DNA of 33,914 bases, taken from contig CAZZKP010000004.1 of NCBI GenBank assembly GCA_964654675.1, forward strand, positions 1 through 33,914. The letters are read 5' to 3'. Of the stretch, positions 9,069 to 18,308 are shown piece after piece (the first letter of the stretch is position 1; every line of letters starts with the position of its first letter). The notes below the pieces were generated by a model. It was not told the DNA's origin and ran no database searches. It was given only the letters and a program-made list of their open reading frames with translations. The stretch comes from an uncultured Bifidobacterium sp. Its GTDB lineage: Bacteria; Bacteroidota; Bacteroidia; NS11-12g; UBA955. The position numbers were made by a program, and so were the translations under genes.

Positions 9069-9187
9069 ACCTAACATTCGCCTAACCTTCAACAACAATC
9101 TCAAAAACAATGAGTTAGAAAGCCCAACAAAATGAGGGTATTTTAAATAATCAATCCAAAAAATAGAATGTTAGGTGAATATTAGGT
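9069..9187. repeat. Imperfect 22-bp inverted repeat, each arm made of two 11-bp-period units (CCTAACATTC-like), 75-bp spacer
   Basis: Left arm 9069-9090 ACCTAACATTCGCCTAACCTTC; right arm 9166-9187 reverse-complements to ACCTAATATTCACCTAACATTC (19/22 identical). Confidence 0.85.
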
Positions 9188-9304
9188 GCGTTTTCCTCGT
9201 GCTTTTTTTCATCCACAACCCTCCGCGAAAGCCGCTTACCGATTACTCAATAAATCCCTATCTGCGTTTGCAGTTGCGGACATCCAAAGCTAAATTGCAA
9301 CGTC

Positions 9305-9943
9305 ATGAACAACGTTGAAAATCGATTCATTGCCCTGGTTGCTATCATCTATTGTATTGGGATTTTGGGCTTCATGATTCCCTCACTTACACCTACTTTT
9401 ATTTGGCTTACTCCCTACAATATCATAGCAGCCTTCGTTTTCTCATGGATATTCCATAAAAAATGGGAAGCCAAACACGTTGCCATTGTTATCACAGTAG
9501 GTATTTTGGGATTCCTACTCGAATACGCGGGTGTCAAAACAGGGAGCATTTTCGGTAGTTACCACTACGGACACACATTGGGTAAAGGCTGGCAAGGCAT
9601 CCCCTACCTCATCGGACTCAACTGGGCAGCCCTTGTCTTTTTCACATCAAGCCTCCTCGCTGGACGCGTCAACAATCCCTACGCAGCTTCTTTTCTTGGG
9701 GCGGCAATGATGACCCTATACGACTTCTTTTTGGAGCCCGTAGCCATGAGATACGACTTCTGGCATTGGAATCACAATCACATACCCACCCAGAATTATA
9801 TCGCTTGGTTCATTGCTTCCCTTGTGATGCATTTACTGCTTCACCTGAGCACCAAGCCGCAACGAAACAAAATGGCTGGTGCCATGTACTTTATCCAGTT
9901 GGGTTTCTTTTTGATTCTGTACGTTTGGATTCGGCTGTTTTGA
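9305..9943 (+). CDS. Carotenoid biosynthesis membrane protein (CruF/DUF422-like, probable carotenoid 1,2-hydratase)
   Basis: EYAGVKTGSIFGSYHYG, GIPYLIGLNW, YDFFLEPVA and IPTQNYIAWF motifs; multi-TM; crt genes lie within about 5 kb. Confidence 0.82.
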   Translation: MNNVENRFIALVAIIYCIGILGFMIPSLTPTFIWLTPYNIIAAFVFSWIFHKKWEAKHVAIVITVGILGFLLEYAGVKTGSIFGSYHYGHTLGKGWQGIPYLIGLNWAALVFFTSSLLAGRVNNPYAASFLGAAMMTLYDFFLEPVAMRYDFWHWNHNHIPTQNYIAWFIASLVMHLLLHLSTKPQRNKMAGAMYFIQLGFFLILYVWIRLF

Positions 9944-10020
9944 TTAACCCATAGCCACTAGGCCCTCAGGAGTACGCAATACGTGCGCTACGCTCCGTAT
10001 TTCTCATGCCAGCCCATCGT

Positions 10021-11910
10021 TCAGGCGTACATCGCTTCAATTTCGTCTGCATACTTTTCCATGACCACCTTGCGTTTGATTTTCAAAGTAATGGTCATAT
10101 CCCCAGCTTCAACACTGAAAGGCTCCCGTTTGACGATAAAATCTTTGATCCGCTCAAACTTGGCCAAATTCTCACTCAACTTCTTCACATCATCTTGCAT
10201 CCACTTTTTGATTTCCTCATCTTGAATGAAAGGATCAGACACTTCAAAATAATCTTTCCTCCCGCCAAATGCTGCTTTCAACTCATCCATACTAGGATGT
10301 ATGATGGCCGTTAGATACTCTCTTTTATCCCCGATAATGAAAACCTGCTCCAATTTCGGACTGCGCAATAACACATTCTCAATCTGTGTTGGATAGATAT
10401 TTTTGCCGAGAGACGTCTTCAACATATTCTTCAATCGATCGGTAATCTTTAAATACCCGCGATCGAACTTTCCGATATCCCCTGTATGAAACCAACCTTC
10501 TTCGTCAAATACTTCCGCTGTGGCCTCAGGACGATTCCAATACCCTTGCATGACATTCGGACCTTTCACCAAAATCTCGCCTTCTTCACTTTCATAATTT
10601 CCGTCAAAAGTATCATACGTCTGTAACGCCAAAATTTCTTTTGTTTCGATATCTTGAATGGCAACCATCTGTCTTGGTGCAACCCTACCCACAGTTCCAT
10701 AAACTTGTCGATGAAACTCGTTCACTGTGACCAATGGACTCGTCTCACTTAATCCATACCCTTCTTGGACTCTCATACCCAAGTTGGCAAAAAACTCACC
10801 CACATGCACTGGCAGCGCACCGGCACCACTCACAAACATCTTTAAACGACCACCCATTTTTGCCTTGATTTTGCTGTAAACCAATTTCTCCGCAACGGCC
10901 ACTTGCATCGCCAACAAAGGACCGACCATTTTACCTTGATCCCGTTTCACCCTGGCCTCGCCGCCCACTTTCAAAGCCCATAAGAAAATTTTCGCACTCA
11001 AACCGCCTTTTTCCGTCGCACTTTTATACACTTTGTCGTGAACTCGCTCTAACAACCTTGGAACGGCTGCCATCAGCGTAGGACGCATTTCTTGAATGTT
11101 CTGTGCTACTTTGTCGATGTTCTCCGCAAACGCCACCTGAGCACCAATGTAAGTACTCAAATACATGGTCGCCAATCGCTCAAACACGTGACTCAATGGC
11201 AAAAAGCTCAAGTATAAATCATCCGAAGTAATGGCCGGACATAAATCTTTGGCATCGTAGCAGTTGCTCATAAAGTTGTAATGCGTTAGCATCACGCCCT
11301 TGGGCATCCCTGTAGTTCCGCTGGTATAAATGAAGGTAGACAAATCCGTCTTTACCACAGAAGCAAATCTCTCTTTTACAGCTGATGCATGTTTTTCTTT
11401 CAATGCCTCCCCTTCCACCAATGCAGTGGTGTAATCCGAGAACTTATCACTTTGATCCAAATCCTTCGGCATCGTTATCACCTTCGTTACCGAGGCGCAA
11501 TCTGATTCTACCTTTTTAAACTTTTTAAACAAAAACGCATTGCCAACGAACAACACCTTACTGCTACTATCGTTCAATATATACGCCGTCTCTTCCCCCG
11601 TTAATGTTGGATAAACAGACACATTTATCAAACCCAATTTTTGTATCGTCTGATCAATGACGTAGTATTCAGGGCAATTGTCCATCATCAAGGCAACGCG
11701 ATCGCCTTTTTGAAGTCCCAACTCCATAAAATAGGCCCCCATTTGCTCCACCCCATCCAAAATGTCTTGATACGTCAATTGTTCCCATTTCCCTTTCTCC
11801 TTGTAAAACATTACCGCCCTATTTGGGGTATGAATTTTATGTGCGGCATGCAAATAAAAATCGTGTAGAGAATTAAAATTGGGTTCAGGTTTTTCGATAA
11901 TTGATGTCAT
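10021..11910 (-). CDS. Long-chain fatty acid--CoA ligase (AMP-binding, FadD/ACSL-like)
   Basis: YTSGTTGMPKG, FLPLSHVFER, EGYGLSETSP, GWFHTGDIG and ITDRLK motifs. Confidence 0.92.
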   Translation of the reverse strand: MTSIIEKPEPNFNSLHDFYLHAAHKIHTPNRAVMFYKEKGKWEQLTYQDILDGVEQMGAYFMELGLQKGDRVALMMDNCPEYYVIDQTIQKLGLINVSVYPTLTGEETAYILNDSSSKVLFVGNAFLFKKFKKVESDCASVTKVITMPKDLDQSDKFSDYTTALVEGEALKEKHASAVKERFASVVKTDLSTFIYTSGTTGMPKGVMLTHYNFMSNCYDAKDLCPAITSDDLYLSFLPLSHVFERLATMYLSTYIGAQVAFAENIDKVAQNIQEMRPTLMAAVPRLLERVHDKVYKSATEKGGLSAKIFLWALKVGGEARVKRDQGKMVGPLLAMQVAVAEKLVYSKIKAKMGGRLKMFVSGAGALPVHVGEFFANLGMRVQEGYGLSETSPLVTVNEFHRQVYGTVGRVAPRQMVAIQDIETKEILALQTYDTFDGNYESEEGEILVKGPNVMQGYWNRPEATAEVFDEEGWFHTGDIGKFDRGYLKITDRLKNMLKTSLGKNIYPTQIENVLLRSPKLEQVFIIGDKREYLTAIIHPSMDELKAAFGGRKDYFEVSDPFIQDEEIKKWMQDDVKKLSENLAKFERIKDFIVKREPFSVEAGDMTITLKIKRKVVMEKYADEIEAMYA

Positions 11911-12043
11911 AATTTCTTTCAGATAAAATCAAGAAGAGCAAATATGTCCGAAAAAAGCGTGAAAGCCAAATGGAATGTATAAATCCAAGAAAATCCGCAG
12001 ACATTATCCACGAAAGAAAAATCAAAAAGAAAATAAAATGAAT

Positions 12044-12616
12044 TTATACGGCTTCAGCCTCAACCGCAACCACTTCTGGCACCATGCGCTTAAGCAAATT
12101 CTCTATCCCTGCCTTCAATGTCATTGTACTGCTTGGGCAACCGCTGCAACTACCCTTCATTTGAACGGTAACAACGCCATCCACAAAACTCTTGAAATCG
12201 ATGGCACCCCCATCCATTTCCACTGCTGGACGGACATGATCTTCTAGGAGCTGGCGGATTTTTCGTTCTATTTCCGTTTCCTGCTCGGGAGTTAATGCGA
12301 TTTTTGGCGCAACAATCTCTTTGCCTTGTTCTATCCAATCTGTAAAGAAATTGCGTAAATCTGGAATCAAATCGAACCATTCATAATCCTCGTTTTTTGT
12401 AATACTCACAAAATTGTTCATGATAAAAACGCCCTTCACAAATGGCATTTCGAACAAAGCCTTCACCAGTTCGCCACCCTCTTGCGCTTTCTCAGCGTTA
12501 CGAAAATCTGCACTGTCGTTTGGCAACAACATCTTGTTGGCCACAAACTTCATACTTTCAGGATTTGGCGTTGCCTCCGCGTAAATGGTAACAATGTCGT
12601 TCAAGCTTTTTTCCAT
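12044..12616 (-). CDS. NifU/Nfu family Fe-S cluster carrier (Nfu_N plus NifU_C)
   Basis: EATPNPESMKF (Nfu_N); VRPAVEMDGG and GSCSGCPSS CxxC. Confidence 0.92.
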   Translation of the reverse strand: MEKSLNDIVTIYAEATPNPESMKFVANKMLLPNDSADFRNAEKAQEGGELVKALFEMPFVKGVFIMNNFVSITKNEDYEWFDLIPDLRNFFTDWIEQGKEIVAPKIALTPEQETEIERKIRQLLEDHVRPAVEMDGGAIDFKSFVDGVVTVQMKGSCSGCPSSTMTLKAGIENLLKRMVPEVVAVEAEAV

Positions 12617-12623
12617 AACACCA

Positions 12624-12631
12624 CAAAATTA
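12624..12631 (-). promoter_or_regulatory. -7 element (TAATTTTG) for the nfu gene
   Basis: Exact TAnnTTTG, 7 nt upstream of ATG 12616. Confidence 0.55.
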
Positions 12632-12848
12632 ACGAAACTTTTACCGATTTACCACCCTTATTTAGATTGTTTCTAAAACGACTTCTATGGGGTCTAAAAA
12701 TCGGACCACCCACTTGCAAGACGGATAAATCACAACCCAATTGTTGATAGATTATTGGGGTTTCTGTTTGATGCTTAGGCGAGGTTTAGCATCTTTGTGG
12801 ACCACAGTTTCCCAAACAAATCTGTGGGAAAACCCATAGAACACAACC

Positions 12849-14204
12849 ATGACAAAAGCCAAAACGACATTTTTTTGCAAATCCTGCGGATTTGAAAGCC
12901 CCAAATGGATCGGAAAATGCCCAGGTTGTAGTGAATGGAACACATTTATCGAGGAAATCAAGCCCACGAAACAAACCACTGCTTGGAAGAAAAGCGGTCG
13001 GAAAATTGCTGAGCCCAAGCAATTAAATCAAATACAAGCCAATCAAAGTGAAAGATTGATTCTCCCAGACGAGGAACTCAATTTGGTCTTAGGGGGCGGA
13101 CTTGTTGCGGGGGCGGTAATTTTGCTTGGCGGCGAACCGGGCATCGGCAAAAGCACACTGCTCTTGCAAATTGCACTCCAAACCACAGCAAAAACCTTGT
13201 ACGTTTCCGGGGAAGAAAGTGAAACTCAAATCAAACTCAGGGCGGAACGACTTGGCTTTGGGGACAGCAGCTGCGAAATTCTCACAGAAACGCTGCTAGA
13301 GAACATCAAAGATGTACTCGCAAAAGACCCACCGGAACTGTTAATCATAGATTCCATCCAGACGCTATACAGTGATCAGTTGGATGCCACGCCGGGAAGC
13401 GTATCGCAAATCAGAGAATGCGCGGGTCAATTGTTGCAATTTGCCAAAGAAAATGACGTCCCCGTATTCTTGGTGGGTCATATCACCAAAGATGGAAACT
13501 TAGCTGGTCCCAAAATCCTAGAACACATGGTCGATACGGTTTTGCAATTTGAGGGAGATAGGCACCATGCGTATCGAATCATCAGAACCCTAAAAAATCG
13601 ATTTGGCAGCACGCAAGAATTGGGAATTTATGAAATGCATGGAGCTGGACTGAAAGGCGTGAAAAACCCATCAGAAATTTGGCTTGCCCAGCGCGAGGAA
13701 GTGCTGTCTGGCATTGGCATAGCCGCTGTCCTTGAAGGTGTGAGACCCCTGTTGTTAGAAACGCAAGCTTTGGTAAGCACTGCCGTTTACGGAACCCCGC
13801 AGCGTTCTGCCACGGGCTACGATTTGCGCCGGCTAAACATGCTTTTGGCCGTATTGGAAAAGCGATGCGGTTTCAAATTGGGTCAGCAAGATGTATTTGT
13901 GAACCTCGCCGGCGGACTCAGACTGGAAGATCCGGCCTTGGATTTGAGTTTAATGGCCGCAATCATGAGCAGCTTTTATTCAGAACCCCTTCCACCCAAA
14001 TGTGTTTTCTCTGCCGAAGTGGGACTCTCTGGCGAAGTTAGGGCCGTTCAACGCGTGGAGCAACGCATAGCAGAAGCAGAAAAATTGGGCTTTACCGATA
14101 TCGTAGTCTCCAAATACAACAAATTCAACCAAGAGCACACCGGAAAAATCAAGGTGCATTCCTTTGGCAGAATTGATGAAGTCTTTGGATGGTTATTCAG
14201 TTAA
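12849..14204 (+). CDS. radA: DNA repair protein RadA/Sms
   Basis: C4 zinc finger (CKSCG...CPGC), Walker A GEPGIGKST, KNRFG motif and Lon-like C-terminal domain. Confidence 0.97.
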   Translation: MTKAKTTFFCKSCGFESPKWIGKCPGCSEWNTFIEEIKPTKQTTAWKKSGRKIAEPKQLNQIQANQSERLILPDEELNLVLGGGLVAGAVILLGGEPGIGKSTLLLQIALQTTAKTLYVSGEESETQIKLRAERLGFGDSSCEILTETLLENIKDVLAKDPPELLIIDSIQTLYSDQLDATPGSVSQIRECAGQLLQFAKENDVPVFLVGHITKDGNLAGPKILEHMVDTVLQFEGDRHHAYRIIRTLKNRFGSTQELGIYEMHGAGLKGVKNPSEIWLAQREEVLSGIGIAAVLEGVRPLLLETQALVSTAVYGTPQRSATGYDLRRLNMLLAVLEKRCGFKLGQQDVFVNLAGGLRLEDPALDLSLMAAIMSSFYSEPLPPKCVFSAEVGLSGEVRAVQRVEQRIAEAEKLGFTDIVVSKYNKFNQEHTGKIKVHSFGRIDEVFGWLFS

Positions 14205-15040
14205 GCACCCATCCATTTCTCTTGGACAAAGCTCTGGGCTAACAACGCAATTTTTTGAGAATTCGGAATGCGCACGCGACTTTCCAAAATATCTACAGCT
14301 GTTGTTCTCTCAATTTTTTCTAGCAATTTCAAATAGTAGATATAAGCCGTATAAACCCCCAAACGACATCCTACAGGGAGCTGAACGATGCCTTTGTAAG
14401 CATGAGCAAAATCTTTTTTTACGTCCTGAATGATCTCATATTTGTCAGAGTCCGAGAAATGATCAAAATCCACACCCGGAAAATACACCCTGCCCCGCTC
14501 ATCTACATCGGAACGAATGTCACGTAAGAAATTCACTTTTTGGAATGCCGCACCCAAACTTCGAGCAAACGGAACGAGATGATCATACTGCCCTTGATTT
14601 CCATTGCAGAAAACCTTCAGACACATCAATCCAACAACCTCAGCACTTCCATAGATATACTCAGAATAACTCTGGGCGTTGTGTGAACTTGTATCCAAAT
14701 CCTCTTCCATGGAATTAAAAAAAGGTTCTATCAGATCCTTACCCACCCCATACTGATTTGCCGCCAATTGAAAAGCATGCAATACCGGATTGGTGCTGAT
14801 TCCCTCTTCCATCGCCTGGTAGGTTTGACGCTTGAAATCAAGCAGCATCTGGGCTTTGTTATACCCATGGAAGGTGTCCACTATTTCGTCGGCCACGCGA
14901 ACCAAACCATAGATGGAAAAAATCGCCCAACGACATTCCTTAGACAGCAATCGAATCCCCAGAGAGAAACTCGTGCTGTAATTCAGCGCCAATTTGCGGC
15001 TCATCGCAATGGATGTTTCATCGAATAATTTAATGCTCAT
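14201..15040 (-). CDS. crtB: Phytoene synthase
   Basis: YSTSFSLG, RVADEIVD, GSAEVVGLMC and FQKVNFLRDI; downstream of crtI. Confidence 0.95.
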   Translation of the reverse strand: MSIKLFDETSIAMSRKLALNYSTSFSLGIRLLSKECRWAIFSIYGLVRVADEIVDTFHGYNKAQMLLDFKRQTYQAMEEGISTNPVLHAFQLAANQYGVGKDLIEPFFNSMEEDLDTSSHNAQSYSEYIYGSAEVVGLMCLKVFCNGNQGQYDHLVPFARSLGAAFQKVNFLRDIRSDVDERGRVYFPGVDFDHFSDSDKYEIIQDVKKDFAHAYKGIVQLPVGCRLGVYTAYIYYLKLLEKIERTTAVDILESRVRIPNSQKIALLAQSFVQEKWMGA

Positions 15041-16502
15041 TTACTATCCTTTCTGTTACTAAACGAGATCCTATGACAACAATAGGCAACCCCGTCCCAG
15101 GGTGTGTACTGGCTCCAACGTAATATACATTGTTGAGTTTCTCATCTTTGTTGGCGGGTCTTAGCGCTCCAATTTGATTCAATCCATGAGCCAAGCCTAA
15201 ACCACTGCCTTTGTACAAGTTAAACATTTTTTGCCACTCGTTGGGTGTATAAACAACCTGAGTGAGAATATTGTTTTTGATATCAAAATTTACCCGTTTA
15301 CCCAAGTCTTCAATGATTTCATCCACCAACTTGTTGGCATCACTCCAATCCGGTTTTACCCTCAAATCAGGAACTGGGCATAGAATAAACAAATTCTCAC
15401 AGCCTTCTGGAGCACAGTTGGGGTTGCTCTTGCTCGCCACATTGACATAGTAATAGGGTTTTTCTGGTGCCACCGTCGACCGGAAAATTGTATCGGCGTA
15501 AGCCCGGAAATTATCACCCAAATAATAATTGTGATGATGAATACCCGGAATGTTGCCTTTCACACCCAAATAAATGGTAAACGGCGCCAAAGTCCATTCC
15601 ATCTTGTCGAGTTTCGCCTCTGCATATTTCGTGCGATGCAAAAACTTCCCTCTAAACCAAGCCGCATCAGCGTTTATCACAAACAAATCGGATGTGTATA
15701 CTTCCCCTGCGGCACTGGTAACTGAAACCATTTTACCGGCTTTGTGTTGGACCGACATGATTTCAGTATCGTAAATCATTTTTACGCCCTTTTTCTCTAA
15801 CAAACCCATGATTCCCTCCACAATTTTGTACATCCCACCCTTCACATTCCAATATCCATCGTGCTCGAGTTCTGTATAATTCAACAAATTGTATACGCTC
15901 GGCGTGTTAAAAGGTGTAGCCCCAAGAAAAAACGCCACCAATGAAAAAATAATTTTCACCTCTTCACTCTCAAAATGTCGCTCCAATTCCGCCCAAAAGG
16001 TCCTAAACATCTTTGGCAAGTGCTTCAATGGCACTGAAGCCATGCTCATCGCATATTGAACTATGTTGTCGAAATTCCGCTTGATAATCTTGTATTCCGT
16101 ATCGTGAAAGATCTCCTTCGCGCCCTTCAAATACCCTTTTACCTTGTTCTCAAAATCATCCTCAATTCCCTTAAACTCTTGAGCCAATCGGTCCAAATCC
16201 TTGTAAATCTGAAACACTCGATCACTGCCTGCCATGTTCACGGTATAGAGAGGATTCAGCTCATTCAATTCAAATGGAATCGGCTCACCGATGGAATCAA
16301 ACAGTTCTTTGAATTCATAACTCATCGAAAAGAACGACGGACCCACATCAAAAGTGAACCCATCTTTTTTCAATACATGCAAACGTCCACCCGGAAGAGA
16401 CTGCTTCTCGATGATCGTTACATCATATCCTTTATAGCTCAAACGAAGAGCAGTTGACAAGCCACCAAGACCCGCACCAACAATTGTTACTGACTTAGTC
16501 AC
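15030..16502 (-). CDS. crtI: Phytoene desaturase family protein
   Basis: GAGLGG FAD-binding motif, GFTFDVGPS and GASTHPGTGLP; overlaps crtZ and crtB. CrtI versus another member of the family is not proven. Confidence 0.85.
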   Translation of the reverse strand: MTKSVTIVGAGLGGLSTALRLSYKGYDVTIIEKQSLPGGRLHVLKKDGFTFDVGPSFFSMSYEFKELFDSIGEPIPFELNELNPLYTVNMAGSDRVFQIYKDLDRLAQEFKGIEDDFENKVKGYLKGAKEIFHDTEYKIIKRNFDNIVQYAMSMASVPLKHLPKMFRTFWAELERHFESEEVKIIFSLVAFFLGATPFNTPSVYNLLNYTELEHDGYWNVKGGMYKIVEGIMGLLEKKGVKMIYDTEIMSVQHKAGKMVSVTSAAGEVYTSDLFVINADAAWFRGKFLHRTKYAEAKLDKMEWTLAPFTIYLGVKGNIPGIHHHNYYLGDNFRAYADTIFRSTVAPEKPYYYVNVASKSNPNCAPEGCENLFILCPVPDLRVKPDWSDANKLVDEIIEDLGKRVNFDIKNNILTQVVYTPNEWQKMFNLYKGSGLGLAHGLNQIGALRPANKDEKLNNVYYVGASTHPGTGLPIVVIGSRLVTERIVNEH

Positions 16503-16941
16503 GTCCGTATTTCGTTAAATATCTTTTGGGAACAAATAAAAATCCGAAGGCTTCCGCACCTTCTTTGGTATGAACTGCATGATGCAGATGATGCGTCTGT
16601 CGCATCGCTTTAAAATATCTCAAACGCGCACCGCGCAACCATTTGATTCTTTGATGCACAAACACATCGTGAACAAGGAAATATGCAAGTCCGTACAACG
16701 CAATTCCCAATCCGGCAAAGAACCTCCAATCGTAATCCGCCGATCCCAATATGATCAACCAAGCCGAAGGCAACGCAAACATGAAACCAAACAAATCATT
16801 CAGCTCAAACTTGCCTTTTCTGGGTTTGTGATGACTCTCGTGCCAAACCCACATAAATCCGTGCATCATGTATTTGTGCGAAAACCACGCAACAAACTCC
16901 ATGAGAAAAAAAAATAGCAATAGAATCAATAAATTCATCAT
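16495..16941 (-). CDS. crtZ: Beta-carotene 3-hydroxylase
   Basis: His boxes HKYMMHG, WHESHH, HDVFVHQR and HHLHH; FELND; FGFL. Confidence 0.92.
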   Translation of the reverse strand: MMNLLILLLFFFLMEFVAWFSHKYMMHGFMWVWHESHHKPRKGKFELNDLFGFMFALPSAWLIILGSADYDWRFFAGLGIALYGLAYFLVHDVFVHQRIKWLRGARLRYFKAMRQTHHLHHAVHTKEGAEAFGFLFVPKRYLTKYGRD

Positions 16942-17048
16942 TTTGTTGAAGGTTTTTATCTAACACTTCAACGCAAGAAAGGTTTTGCTTTGAAATGGAA
17001 TTTTTATTTTTTCAGTCTATCGACATACTACCCAACGGTAAAATGCCA

Positions 17049-18218
17049 TTAATGGGTTAAAATACTCTTTGTTTTGGGGGCCGAAAGTCTATATGTCACC
17101 CCAAGTGAAATCAAATAATCAGCAAAAGCCGCATCACCATTCCGTGCCACGCCTGATGCATCCTGAATTTGCTTGTCGGTCACACTTTGACTCCGCATGC
17201 GGTACATCGCAATGGGAACGTTTAAGTTGTAGGTTGTCTTACCTTTCATGTAAGTAACACCGGGTTCAGCGGAGACAATGTAACCGGGGCGACGAAAACC
17301 AAGGCTTTCGCCGATGACATCTTTCACTGGAATGCCTTCCAAACGCGCGCCCCAAGAGAATGAAAGACCATGCATTTTACTCTGAGACAATACGCCAATT
17401 CTTGCCGCATATTGATCCGGCACAGAACACATATATTCGTTGGTATAGACCTTGCCCCCTACTGTGGCGCTGCGATTGGTAAGTGTTCCGTTCACTCCTC
17501 TGGGGTTGAATAAATAAAAGGCATTCCCATAAATGTATAAACCCTCGTTCACTTCCCAAAAACCTTGCATATCGACAATCAATCCCAAACCTCCATCGCC
17601 CAATTGAATACTCTGATCTACTGGACGATACAGTGTTTTGCGCGTGGAAAGCCCCGTTTGCGGATCCGTGACCAAAATATTGTAAAAACTGTCTTGAACA
17701 TTCCAGTTTCCCGTGGGCAATTTCAACGCAGCCCCCAAGGAAATATTTCGTTTGGTATGGGTCACTGGATTCCACAACCAACGCGACACACCAATTCTTG
17801 CATCGCCCAAACCGGCCGAGGTCGATGTCTTGCGAGCCCCCGCAAAAGTCGCCGACTGTCCACCGTGTTCATAATAGCTCGAACGATCGGTGTAACTCAA
17901 AGGAACGCCCACGTTTAACTGCCAACGGGTATTCATTCCATAAGACGCAGACAATTCCATTGTATTGGAATAATTGATTACTTGATTCTGTTTAACCAAT
18001 CGATCAAATTGCTCTTGATCCCCTTTAAAATGGCGAAACGACTTGTAGTATCTGTAGTTGGTACCCACTTGCCACTGCCCGGGGGTCAATGCCAATCCAG
18101 TAGCTCCTGCCACTCCACATCCGCCAAATCCCCGAATCGCAACACATCCTTGGGCCAACAAGGCATCTGAAACCAAAAGGACGAAGCAAACCGAAAATAG
18201 AGTAAAAAATCTTTTCAT
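17049..18218 (-). CDS. Uncharacterised secreted or outer-membrane protein, probable beta-barrel ('transporter'-type)
   Basis: Signal peptide ending LAQ; GLGDARIG, LKLPTG and QLGDG motifs reminiscent of MetA-pathway/SphA-like barrels; alternating beta-strand pattern ending LGVTYR. Confidence 0.6.
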   Translation of the reverse strand: MKRFFTLFSVCFVLLVSDALLAQGCVAIRGFGGCGVAGATGLALTPGQWQVGTNYRYYKSFRHFKGDQEQFDRLVKQNQVINYSNTMELSASYGMNTRWQLNVGVPLSYTDRSSYYEHGGQSATFAGARKTSTSAGLGDARIGVSRWLWNPVTHTKRNISLGAALKLPTGNWNVQDSFYNILVTDPQTGLSTRKTLYRPVDQSIQLGDGGLGLIVDMQGFWEVNEGLYIYGNAFYLFNPRGVNGTLTNRSATVGGKVYTNEYMCSVPDQYAARIGVLSQSKMHGLSFSWGARLEGIPVKDVIGESLGFRRPGYIVSAEPGVTYMKGKTTYNLNVPIAMYRMRSQSVTDKQIQDASGVARNGDAAFADYLISLGVTYRLSAPKTKSILTH

Positions 18219-18224
18219 GTAGAT

Positions 18225-18242
18225 TATAGTTGTACAAGTATA
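18225..18242. promoter_or_regulatory. Near-perfect 18-bp palindrome TATAGTTGTACAAGTATA (candidate operator)
   Basis: 16/18 self-complementary, 6 nt upstream of ATG 18218, in the gap divergent with murB. Confidence 0.45.
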
Positions 18243-18308
18243 GGCAACAGGCTTTACTTTGCATGTGAAATTTGCGATTCAAATACACTTTTGAATAAAT
18301 TTAATCCG

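Noticed and set aside
8935-9135. 66-aa ORF in the spacer
   Set aside because: GTG start, homopolymer-driven K/N/F composition and no motif; probably spurious.
8780-9304. AT-rich spacer as oriC
   Set aside because: Only degenerate DnaA-box-like words (for example AAATCCACA, TCATCCACA), no clustered TTATCCACA boxes and no dnaA or gidA nearby; GC skew could not be computed.
9944-10020. Imperfect hairpin (GGAGTACGCA...TGCGCTACGCTCC) between cruF-like and fadD-like as a REP element or ncRNA
   Set aside because: Single copy in the window, bulged stem and no U-tract; insufficient support.
11975-12247. 90-aa + strand ORF and a lone TTATCCACG DnaA-like box
   Set aside because: The ORF overlaps nfu antisense and has a low-complexity start; one mismatched box is not evidence of an origin.
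12617-12848. SOS box or structured RNA upstream of radA
   Set aside because: No GGA-N5-TCC Bacteroidota LexA motif seen; the short inverted repeats (TTCTATGGG/CCCATAGAA, TTCCCA/TGGGAA) are within chance expectation.
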